A DNA stretch of 64,000 nt from Epithemia pelagica (lineage: Eukaryota > Protista > Bacillariophyta): contig OX337229.1 of NCBI GenBank assembly GCA_946965045.2, positions 5,704,001 to 5,768,000 on the forward strand. The letters are read 5' to 3'. The notes beneath the pieces are model-generated. The model worked only from the letters and a program-made list of their open reading frames with translations, was not told where the DNA came from and did not search any database. Shown in pieces: positions 55,043-64,000 of the stretch; positions within the stretch are counted from its first letter, which is position 1, and each line of letters opens with the position of its first letter. A program made the translations under genes and the position numbers.

Positions 55043-56421
55043 AGTCGGTCTATGGAGTGAGGAGTTTGTCTTTTGAGTAAGTTTGAAAATTATGAGACGG
55101 AGTTAGGACTATGTTTTGTGTGGTGAGTGGTAAGGTTGATTCGTGCATGTCTGAGTGAGTAATGGATGGTATCGCCTGGAGGCGTTTGTTGTGACAACGT
55201 GTATTGGTGGGCTGCCTCTGGCTTGGCCGTGTGGTTTCTCTTGATTCATACACCTCCGCTCTTGATGCAACGACAGATTTGGAAGTTTCAGGATCCTCTC
55301 TTGATTCTACACTTGATGGGTGCGGGAGGCGTTTATCTCGCGTGCATTCACAATGCCTTGTTGACTCCTTCGACCTTTGAGGGACGCTCCAAGTCGTGGC
55401 ATGTCAACGTGGGTCGCCTGGGATTACTGTTGGGCACGGTGGGAGCTCTTTCGGGTGCCGTCTTGACGTGGACAGTGGACACGATTGGATCAGGTCGAGT
55501 TGGGCTTTGCCATTGGCATTAGTATTGGCGGAGTCTTTCAACTGCTGGCGCAATGGAGAGGGTATCATTTTATTCGAAACTACCAAAGGGTTGTGGACGA
55601 ATTGCAAAAACTCGAATATACGACCCTGACGTCCCCGCAAGAGAGTCCTACACAACAACAACACGTCAAAGACCTTCAGGACCAGAAGCGCTTGTATCTC
55701 AAGTATCATATTGGATACATGGTGGGATTGTTTGTAGCTAAATGTGGCATTCCAGCCCTGATGCGACTTGTGTATTCCATGGACAGTGCCCTGCCCTTGA
55801 TTGTGGCCATTGTCGTGGTCAATATCATTTCCTCCTTGTATGCCACATTCTTGATGCGGCGACTGGATCATTCGACAACGGAGGAGGAACCAGACTCGTC
55901 GTCCATCACTGAGACAACGCCCCTTGGCGTGGTCCAAGGACGTCTTTAGCATGACACAAAATGAGAGATGCACCAACGATCTAGCTCTGGCGTTGGGTTT
56001 CTCTCCACATGCGGCTCGTTCCAGAATGCACGGGATGCATGCACGCCGCGATATACTCCCTGATTGAGTATTCTACGGTGCTGGGTGGCATTCCTTATCA
56101 AGAATACCAGAGGAGGCGTGTTTCTTTTGTTGACATCAGCTGTACATCTTCGTTGCATTGGACCGGAACAAGTCTCCAATACAAAGAGATGAAAGTCGTT
56201 TGCACTGTGGCAACAAGCAGATTGGACAAGAAAATACGCGTATCTGTATAGGCCGGCTACGGAAAGTATCATTTAGTGTTCGACTGAGTTCAGTACTCCT
56301 ACTCCCAACAGAATCTGAAGCTGTCGGATATGCATAGTAGAGGGGTTAGTTGAAACAAGCTTTTTGAGAAATCGAATCCTGTCATTCCTCTTTTCTTTCT
56401 TTGAAAAGGGGACCATCATAG

Positions 56422-56550
56422 TTTTCTTGCCGCATTCCAAGTTCCTTCAACCTGTCGACCATGTCGAGACGATTGCTCGAATCTCTTTGACGTTACAAGA
56501 CTTGCAGCAATCATCCATCATTTCCTCCTCGTCGCTTCATCCTTCACAAC
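56422..56550 (+). pseudogene. Diverged orphan fragment of the downstream PsuG gene
   Basis: FLPHSK..VDHVETIARISLTLQDLQQSSIISSSS vs FSPHSN..VDHVDTIARAFLISQDLQQ..SSISSSS at about 57787-57935. Confidence 0.8.
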
Positions 56551-56904
56551 GACATCAACACGGATCTTCTTGTGATTCGCATTCGAGTTAGAGGGACCAG
56601 TACTCCTCTAGCTCTAGGGGTAATACTCTTCCCTCTAGCTAGCTAGAGTAGCGAGTCTCTTGGCACTTGGTAGGTACTCCTAGTCCATGAAAATACTCCT
56701 CCAGATTCTAGCGGGGTATGATATCAGGAAACTACAAGAGGTAAACCCTCAGAACATGCCGCGATAGGGAGTGACAAACTCTCTACGCCTCAGCGGTGAT
56801 ATTTCTGAGGTAGTAATTTTCTTTAGATCAAATGCTCAAAGCCATCCCTCGAAAAGTGCTAAGGCGTATCAGCGATCTTTTCCCTCAGTCGCTTTTGGTT
56901 TTCG

Positions 56905-59550
56905 TTGAAAAAGATTTCAAGAGAAAGAACCATGGCAAGGACCGTCACAGCCGTCACAAGATGGGCCACTCGGTGGAGAAGTCGTTGGTCGACCATACAA
57001 CACCACCACTATGGCGTTTCATCTGGCACGGTGGTGAAACAATCGGATGGGACGATTCATTGGCCATCGATTCATTCTATTCGAACTCCTGTTTTCCCGG
57101 CATTACACGGTCGATTCTTGTCGTCGTCATCTTCCAACTGGTTGTCCTCTTCCTCTTCTTCTTCCTTGCTGCGTATCTTACCCCGTGTCCAACAAGCCTT
57201 GGAGGAGGGTCATCCGGTGGTGGCATTGGAATCTACCTTGATTGCCCATGGCATGCCCTACCCCACCAATCTTCACTTGTATCGTCGTGTGGCGAACCAA
57301 ATGAGGAGCATGGGTGTCGAACCAGCTACCATTGCCTTGTGCAATGGCACATGTCGCATCGGATTGACCGTCGAGGAATTGGACGAATTGGCACAATCGG
57401 CGGCATCCGACTCGAATCCAAAGAAGGTGCCCAAATGTACCACTCGTGATTTACCACTTGTCTTGGCACAGCAACAACAACAGCAAGACGACAACAACAA
57501 GAATCCCCCAACGACGAATCAATGGGGTGCCACAACAGTGGCGTCGACCATGGTGATTGCTCATGCGGCTGGCATTGCCACCTTTGTCACGGGTGGCATT
57601 GGGGGTGTTCATCGAGAGGGAGAAACTTCCATGGATGTCTCGGCCGATTTGTTGGAATTGTCACGAACACCCGTCATGGTCGTTTCGGCTGGCATTAAAT
57701 CCATTTTGGATATTGAAAGAACCCTCCAAGTCTTGGAAACCTACAGTGTGCCGACTGTTTCCTATCAAACAGATGAATTTCCCGCCTTTTTTTCGCCCCA
57801 TTCCAACGTTGCTTCTCCCTGTCGGGTCGACCATGTCGATACGATTGCTCGAGCCTTTTTGATATCGCAAGACTTGCAGCAGCAGCAGCATCAATCGTCC
57901 ATATCCTCCTCCTCGTTCAATGCACAACCACAACAACCCTATCCCCGTCCGGGCATGTTGGTAGCGGTTCCCAATGACGAACCGGCCGGGGCCGCAGTCG
58001 AAGCAGCGATTCAACAAGCCTTGGAGGTTGTACGCGAACAACAAATTACGGGCCCCAAAGTGACACCCTTTGTCTTGCAATATGTGGCGGAACAAACACA
58101 GGGTGCCTCCTTGGAAAGCAATCAACGATTGGTCGAACGCAATGCCATGGTGGGTGCCGAACTCGCTCTCGCCCTCGTCAAACTACAACAAAAACAACGA
58201 CAGTCTCCCAGCGCTGTACAAGGAGGAGGAGGAGAAGGAACACCACCTGTCATACCTATTCCTCCTCGTACTGATGCTGTGCCTGATAAAGACAAAAGTG
58301 ACTCTTCTTCTCAGAATCCTACTCGACCAGCGACAACACGTTCCGAACCAACTCCTCCTCCCCGCATTGTGGTGGTGGGAGGTATCATTTTGGATCGTGT
58401 GGCACAGCCCACCGGACCCTTGCAGTTGCATACCTCCAATCCAGCCACGAGCGTCGAATCGCCGGGAGGTGTTGCTCGCAATGTCGCCGAAACCTTGGGA
58501 CGATTGGGATCCTCTCCTTGGTTGTATTCGGCCGTGGGAGGCAAGGATTGTAATACCAGTACGAGTCGTGCGACAACCGACAATCATGACCATGACTCGA
58601 GGAACAACACTATGGACAACCCAGTCATTTCGTACTTGACGCAAGAGTGTGGGGTTCATGCGACCCTGGGAGAGACAATTGCCATGGTTCCAGGAGTATC
58701 CACACCCAGTTATTGGGCCATTCTGAACGAAACGGGTGATTTGCATGTCGCGGTTTGTACCAATGCGGACCAAGTGTTTGCTCAGATTGCCCTCCCTCCT
58801 CCCTCGGTCATGCAGCAAGCCGAGTATCTGGTGGCCGATGCCAATGTCGTGTCGTCGGGGCAGTTGGCACAAATTACCGCGCAAATTCCACACGTGCAAC
58901 TTGTCTTGGAACCCACCAGTGTGGCCAAGGCGGCCGAATGGGCATTGTCCAGCGCGTTACTGTCGCAGTGTTCCATGATTTCACCCAATCGTGATGAATT
59001 GATTGCCTTGGTGGAGAGTCTCGAGGAACGGAGTGATGAGGACTACGACAATGACCATCTCATTCCCAGACACAAGGACATGGACATTGATGACGACAAA
59101 GAATATCTACTCAAGTTGTGTCATCGTTTGTTGAACCGCATGAATACCCAAAAGGGGGACGGAGCTCATGTCTTTGTGACACTTGGTGCCAAGGGTGTCT
59201 TGCATGTCTGGCGCCCAAAAACTTCCAGCAGCAGCAGCACTTCTGGGACAAAAATCTCGAAGTATTCCTCGTATGCCATCGAGGAATCCTGGATCGTGCC
59301 ATCTTCAAAGGACAAGGACGACAACGAAAAGGAAGTGTTGGTCAATACAACAGGAGCGGGCGATACCTTTTTGGGAGCCTTGTTGCATGCACGATTGCAA
59401 GGATGCGAAATGGACGACGCCATTCTATATGGAATGCAAGCGGCCTGGTACAGTCTCACGTGTGTGGATCGAGCCATTTCTCCCCAATTGTCCCCACAGG
59501 TACCAGCCTTGCCAGCATCCATGTCGCCAAACTCGGAAACGACAGACTGA
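56905..59550 (+). CDS. psuG-psuK: Pseudouridine-5'-phosphate glycosidase / PfkB pseudouridine kinase fusion (first ATG 56932)
   Basis: VVALESTLIAHGMPYP, KCTTRD, GATTVASTM, FVTGGIGGVHR, DVSADLLEL, AGIKSILDI, VTPFVL; PfkB motifs GGVARNVAETL, SPNRDEL, NTTGAGDTF. Confidence 0.93.
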   Translation: MKKISRERTMARTVTAVTRWATRWRSRWSTIQHHHYGVSSGTVVKQSDGTIHWPSIHSIRTPVFPALHGRFLSSSSSNWLSSSSSSSLLRILPRVQQALEEGHPVVALESTLIAHGMPYPTNLHLYRRVANQMRSMGVEPATIALCNGTCRIGLTVEELDELAQSAASDSNPKKVPKCTTRDLPLVLAQQQQQQDDNNKNPPTTNQWGATTVASTMVIAHAAGIATFVTGGIGGVHREGETSMDVSADLLELSRTPVMVVSAGIKSILDIERTLQVLETYSVPTVSYQTDEFPAFFSPHSNVASPCRVDHVDTIARAFLISQDLQQQQHQSSISSSSFNAQPQQPYPRPGMLVAVPNDEPAGAAVEAAIQQALEVVREQQITGPKVTPFVLQYVAEQTQGASLESNQRLVERNAMVGAELALALVKLQQKQRQSPSAVQGGGGEGTPPVIPIPPRTDAVPDKDKSDSSSQNPTRPATTRSEPTPPPRIVVVGGIILDRVAQPTGPLQLHTSNPATSVESPGGVARNVAETLGRLGSSPWLYSAVGGKDCNTSTSRATTDNHDHDSRNNTMDNPVISYLTQECGVHATLGETIAMVPGVSTPSYWAILNETGDLHVAVCTNADQVFAQIALPPPSVMQQAEYLVADANVVSSGQLAQITAQIPHVQLVLEPTSVAKAAEWALSSALLSQCSMISPNRDELIALVESLEERSDEDYDNDHLIPRHKDMDIDDDKEYLLKLCHRLLNRMNTQKGDGAHVFVTLGAKGVLHVWRPKTSSSSSTSGTKISKYSSYAIEESWIVPSSKDKDDNEKEVLVNTTGAGDTFLGALLHARLQGCEMDDAILYGMQAAWYSLTCVDRAISPQLSPQVPALPASMSPNSETTD

Positions 59551-60225
59551 TGGACCACTGTCGACCCCGGGTGCGATGGAATGGAAGGAGTACAGTCATT
59601 GGTACTCTTGTCTGAGAGTGAATGGCGGCCAGGTCATCCAAGCACTCAACAAAACGAGAATCTTCGAGCTATAGCAGCTACATTAGATTCGACTGGTTGT
59701 TTTGTTCAGGTCGAGACCTGCGAGCACCGTACCTATTTGCTCAAGGAGTCCGTGTTCTGGCTATTGATTTTCATGGAACAGGACGACGGGGACATTTGAG
59801 GCTCAGTCAGGATGAGATACGGTACCCAGCGATAGGTGCGTGGGATGGCCAATCGAGCTTCCTCAGATCTTTCATGATGGACCAACTGAGCAAACGACTT
59901 GGTGTCGTGAAGCATTCTTTACAGAAATATCTTTGCTGTTACGACAGCCTAATTATGTATTTGGCGAAGCCCGACTTCATGACCTCCTTTAACGGAATAC
60001 AAGCTATCATTCACCTTTTCGTTGGAGTCTTTTGTCGTCAATGCTCCGCGATAGGTCAAGTTGCGTGGACATTTATGCAATATAGGAGTACTCCGTATGA
60101 CAAACATATTATGGTTGGCAAAAATGCGATGGTAGCTATGTCGTATCGTGAGTCGCACATAGCGACAAACGCATATCATGACGTCATCTTGTCACTTCTT
60201 TCTCGATCACTTTCTCGAGCCCGTG

Positions 60226-60547
60226 ATGACGACCATGGCGCCGCTACATCTCTATCGTTCACTCTTACGGCAGGCCAAAGGGATGAAGGACTATAATTTC
60301 CGGATGTATGCACAGCGACGAGTGAAAGCAGGGTTTGTAAAGAACCGAGGCTTACAAGGGTAAGCTCAAGTATCGCGAGGGCGTGGTTTTCCCTCCCCTT
60401 CAGTTCGTATCTAATGTTGTTTGTCCAAATTTCTTCAGGGAAGATGCCACCGCCGCCATTACAAAGGGTATGGAGCAGCTTGAAATGCTCAAGCGCCAGG
60501 CTACGCTGTCTCAATTATACCCGTCGGCAAGATCTGTCATGGAATGA
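60226..60547 (+). CDS. LYRM4: LYR-motif protein LYRM4/ISD11-like (intron 60360-60438)
   Basis: LYRSLLRQAKGMKDYNFRMYAQRRVKAGF|GEDA..GMEQLEMLKRQATLSQLYPS; GTAAG...TTCAG intron keeps the frame. Confidence 0.9.
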
Positions 60548-60619
60548 AAGATGAGAATCAACTACTCCCTAAAGAACACCCATTAAACCCAAATGTAAAA
60601 TACCTAAAATACCAAGTGT

Positions 60620-61132
60620 CTACGTGGAACCGAAAATATTCTTGGTCCTATCCAAATCCTTTTGGAAGCGCTTTTCTTCCCTTCTTTGGCGCTCCTCCGC
60701 AAGGCCGCGAATTCCACCCCAACGTTCCCTTGCTCGCCTCCTTATCTCTCCCCGGTCATACAATTTCATGGAGGTCCAGCCCTTATTTCTCGGGTTCTGT
60801 GTTTCCGTGTAGTTGCAAACTGCTAGAGTTCCTTCTGGCAGTAGATACATTTTCATAGCTTCCTTTTTGCTCACATACTGCGACGCTCCCACTTCAAAAT
60901 CTTCCAATTCCACTTCCTCTTGTTCACATTCTTTCTCATCAGATCTTGGCTTCTTCAATGGACCCTCTAAATTCTCTCCATCACTTGGTGTATTATCATT
61001 TGTCGCCTTCGAAAGGGTAGCATTCCGTTCTTTCTCCTCTCGTTTCCTCTTTTGAATTTCAAGAGCTTTTTCCTTGTTCTTACGAATCCGCTCTCTGATT
61101 TCATCCGTCATGACCACAGTATTGTTACTCAT
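60620..61132 (-). CDS. XPA: XPA C-terminal-domain protein
   Basis: RIRKNKEKALE, SKKEAMKMYLL, QNPRNKGWTSMKLY..ARERWGG..L.EE..RR; no zinc finger visible. Confidence 0.7.
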   Translation of the reverse strand: MSNNTVVMTDEIRERIRKNKEKALEIQKRKREEKERNATLSKATNDNTPSDGENLEGPLKKPRSDEKECEQEEVELEDFEVGASQYVSKKEAMKMYLLPEGTLAVCNYTETQNPRNKGWTSMKLYDRGEIRRRARERWGGIRGLAEERQRREEKRFQKDLDRTKNIFGST

Positions 61133-61569
61133 GTCCACTGTCTTAATTCGACAGGCTCTTTGGTTCCTCACGACCGGCGAAAAAGACGTAGGCACCGCGA
61201 AGCAGCAAAAAATACACGCCCAATTGTCCAAAGAACCAAAGGTTTTGACCAAACACTTCACTAGAACCTCCTGAGGCACTTCCAGACCCTCCTGGACCTT
61301 TAGGACCTAACACAAACATGGAAGAGAAGCAACAGCACGGTTGAAACTACACGACGACGATGGAAAGGGATCGATCGAAATCTCTTTCCGCTCTTGCGTT
61401 GTGGGGTGCGCAAAAAGGCCGCGAGCTGTTTCAGTCGTTTCAGGACTGAACTTTTCATCTCACAAACGCTTCCACGCGTAGACTTTGGGACTGCGCTTTT
61501 TCAGTCCCCAGTCCGCACCCATCAGATCTCTCTCGATCCTCATAAATTCCGCAGTAAACGTTTGGAACG

Positions 61570-62667
61570 ATGAGCATGACACTGAAAGAACAAGCATGGC
61601 ATTCGGGGCTTGTCCTTTTGGACGAGACAGCAGAATGGAATTATAACGACTGGCCTCCTCTTGTGGGAGGAGCGCGAGAGTATCATGCCTCGGTCGTACT
61701 GAATCATTCCGATAAGGACGACAATTACGACAGAAAGAACGGACAAACGGTCGTCGTGATGGGAGGACGTCAACAAGGCCAAGGCGAGGTCAACTCTGTT
61801 CTTGTATTGAATCTAGCAGAATCAAACAAGCAGTGGAGAGATGGGATTCCCCTGAACAAGGCACGTTATGCACATGCTGCTGTTGTGTGCAACGGAGGAG
61901 TCTACGTGATGGGAGGAAACAATGGAACAGATTTGGATTGTATCGAACAAATTGATGCCAATAATTTGCTCCAATCATCTCCGACATCGAGCAGTTCGAT
62001 GAAGTTCCATTGGACGACATTGAATTGTCGTTTATCAACGGGAAGGGCAGGATGTTGTGCTGTCGCGGTGCACGACCGATACATTGTGGTGATGGGCGGA
62101 TTGAGGGGGAAAATCCTGTCGTCGGTGGATATTCTTGATACCAGCAGTCGCACGATAAGTGGGGGGCCGAGCATGAACTTTCCTCGAGCATGTTCTGCCA
62201 GTGCGGTCATTGGCCACCGCATCTTTGTCGTTGGAGGCTTTTATGCGGACTCGGTGGAGTATTTGGAATTTGCAAAGACTTGTGAGAATGAGGAGACAAA
62301 GGCAGAAACAGTTGCTAAAGTCATTCCCTTCTCCTCCAATTGGATGACTCATTCTGATCCGGTGCTTTCCCGCCCACGAGCTTGTGCAGTGGTTGCCGTG
62401 GGATCGTGTCTCGTGGTGGCGGGAGGACTACCGGCAGGAAATTCAACTGTGGAAGTCTTGGATACGCACCGCAACCGCGTGTGGAATCTCCCACAAGTCG
62501 GTGATGACCGATATGGCTGTACGATGGTGACTGTTGCCAATCAAATTGCCGTGATTAGTGGACGGCGCAATCCTAGCTGTGCGACAGTACCACTAATGGA
62601 CAAGCATACGTGGTGTTTTCGACGACTCTGTGAGCAGCCCAACGAATGGTTTCACCAATGGAAATGA
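61570..62667 (+). CDS. Kelch-repeat protein
   Basis: Repeats R..HA.VV....VYVMGG, RAGCCAVAV...IVVMGG, RACSASAVIGHRIFVVGG. Confidence 0.9.
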   Translation: MSMTLKEQAWHSGLVLLDETAEWNYNDWPPLVGGAREYHASVVLNHSDKDDNYDRKNGQTVVVMGGRQQGQGEVNSVLVLNLAESNKQWRDGIPLNKARYAHAAVVCNGGVYVMGGNNGTDLDCIEQIDANNLLQSSPTSSSSMKFHWTTLNCRLSTGRAGCCAVAVHDRYIVVMGGLRGKILSSVDILDTSSRTISGGPSMNFPRACSASAVIGHRIFVVGGFYADSVEYLEFAKTCENEETKAETVAKVIPFSSNWMTHSDPVLSRPRACAVVAVGSCLVVAGGLPAGNSTVEVLDTHRNRVWNLPQVGDDRYGCTMVTVANQIAVISGRRNPSCATVPLMDKHTWCFRRLCEQPNEWFHQWK

Positions 62668-63111
62668 ATGAGTATTCGAGATGCCAATGCGGCAATCAAT
62701 ATAAACCGTGCTAAATGGAAGGATGACACTCGGTGTTGTTGTTTGTTGTTGTACTAGAATTGAGCTTTTGTCAACCAAATTCCTGTGATGGGTTGTCTTG
62801 ACGGAAGGAGCATGATCTGCATGAGAAGCAACGACATAAGTTCATGCGACTCATTTCTCACGAGTAGAAGCAAAACTATATTCACTAACAGTAGTTTCAC
62901 AAGATCCAAAACTTTCCGTCGACTACTATTCCGTCCAAGAACACAACAGGGCGTTGACTCCATAGAGTCAACTCAAGCAAGTCATTCGAATTGCATCAAT
63001 GTAACACAGTACCTCTCTTCCACCTCGGGTCACATTCGACTATTCAACACAGGTATATGACAAGCAAGTATGTGTGATTTGCAGAAGTATTGGGGTTGCA
63101 TCCGTTACAAT

Positions 63112-64000
63112 CTACCCCTCCAGCATCGTGCCTCCCATCAGAACAGCCTCCGTATCCAGTTCGGCAACTAGCTGAGAGGCAGGTTGTAACATATTTGCTT
63201 GTCCAATGCCTTTGCTTGTCGTTGCAGCATCTACATGAAGAACGGTGCTGCGCCGCGACGATGACTTTCCAACGCGTTTCCATATCCATAGATTTTTCCG
63301 ATCGGTAACAAGAACCTTTGCCCGACGAGGACAATCGCACAACTCTTTCAACGCAGGGCCCTGGCACAATTTCCAACGATCTTCCGCGTTTGCACTTGCT
63401 GAAACGTCCACGATTGTCGACGAAGTAGAAGGTAACGCTGCGGTCGCAACCGTACGGCCGCGACGACGGCAATGCAATACAAAATCCGGTTGATTCCGTT
63501 TGGTCATACCCAATCCAAAAATCGCATCGATATCCGAGAATCTACATTGGACAGTGAATTTCGGAGGACTGTCATGAGTATCACGAACGAAATGAACAAC
63601 TTCACTCCTTTCTTCGTTGTTCTCGTGCGGAATGACAGCCAACAATCCACCAGTCTGGGTGGAGGACCCCAACTTGACGTCACTCGGCAAATCCCACACC
63701 ACGCGGTTCATATGAGAACATGTGAAATGCCATAACCCTGGCTCCAGCAGCTGATTCTGGTTGCTATCTGGCTGCAAAAGCAATGACGATGGCTGTTTGC
63801 GACTGAGAGCGTCCCGCTTTTCTCCGGTACTTGTGTTTGCGTCGTCGAAGGGCGGTACGAACAACCAAACACTATCATCCCTCTCTGCGCCGCGATATAG
63901 AACCGCATTGCTTGGGACATTCTGACATACAATATTTCCATTCGGATACTCACTGTCAAATCGAATCAGATCTGTACTCGACTGCGCAGAGGACTTGGGA
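63112..64000 (-). CDS. Hypothetical protein, probably an internal exon of a gene starting beyond the window
   Basis: 250-aa ORF ending at a possible GT donor (MLEG|GTAG); no recognisable motif. Confidence 0.4.
   Translation of the reverse strand, partial: PKSSAQSSTDLIRFDSEYPNGNIVCQNVPSNAVLYRGAERDDSVWLFVPPFDDANTSTGEKRDALSRKQPSSLLLQPDSNQNQLLEPGLWHFTCSHMNRVVWDLPSDVKLGSSTQTGGLLAVIPHENNEERSEVVHFVRDTHDSPPKFTVQCRFSDIDAIFGLGMTKRNQPDFVLHCRRRGRTVATAALPSTSSTIVDVSASANAEDRWKLCQGPALKELCDCPRRAKVLVTDRKNLWIWKRVGKSSSRRSTVLHVDAATTSKGIGQANMLQPASQLVAELDTEAVLMGGTMLEG

Larger units (their letters stand above)
47959..55196 (-). mobile_element. Full-length Ty1/copia LTR retrotransposon (7238 bp)
   Basis: 268-bp TG...CA LTRs at 47959-48226 and 54929-55196 with 3 differences; ACGT duplicated on both sides; PBS, PPT, gag and PR-IN-RT-RH pol present. 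Confidence 0.97.
47876..55949 (+). pseudogene. Multi-pass membrane-protein gene interrupted by the copia insertion (47876-47958 plus 55201-55949), with a further frame break near 55480
   Basis: Removing the element rejoins MADSS..DKTANV|YWWAASG in frame, matching the uninterrupted paralog at 45784. Confidence 0.85.

Noticed and set aside
55460-55493. 34-nt intron that would repair the frame break in the membrane gene
   Set aside because: It is much shorter than the other introns here (79-296 nt) and would delete part of a TM; a frameshift is more parsimonious.
36847-59550. Nucleoside-salvage cluster (ADA plus PsuG-PsuK)
   Set aside because: The genes are about 18 kb apart with unrelated genes between, and the PsuG-PsuK fusion is already known in eukaryotes.
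60226-60547. LYRM4/ISD11 as part of the HCP Fe-S system
   Set aside because: It is a housekeeping gene 32 kb away with no evidence of linkage.

Overview
Gene-dense eukaryotic nuclear DNA with short GT-AG introns and (CAA/GTT)n-encoded low-complexity tracts. Gene content and style suggest a raphid pennate diatom (inference, not verified). Ordinary genes: DDX24 C-terminus, tRNA-Ser(GCT), D2HGDH, copine, PX, TLC, ankyrin/TRP-like, ADA, PsuG-PsuK, LYRM4, XPA_C and kelch. The most interesting locus is at 21.9-28.2 kb: a hybrid-cluster protein (HCP) gene sits head-to-head with a diflavin reductase that has two tandem flavodoxin domains and lacks the usual NADPH-specificity residues. Both carry presequence-like N-termini, so they are a candidate eukaryotic HCP/reductase module. 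Both also carry apparent inactivating lesions in this sequence. A rearranged zone at 42.6-56.6 kb holds a duplicated bidirectional promoter that created a chimeric PLD-like ORF, a full-length Ty1/copia element with a -1 frameshift/pseudoknot-like signal that splits a membrane-protein gene, and several orphan gene fragments. A Stowaway-like MITE follows HCP. All calls come from reading motifs by eye; no searches were run, and single-base lesions could be assembly errors.
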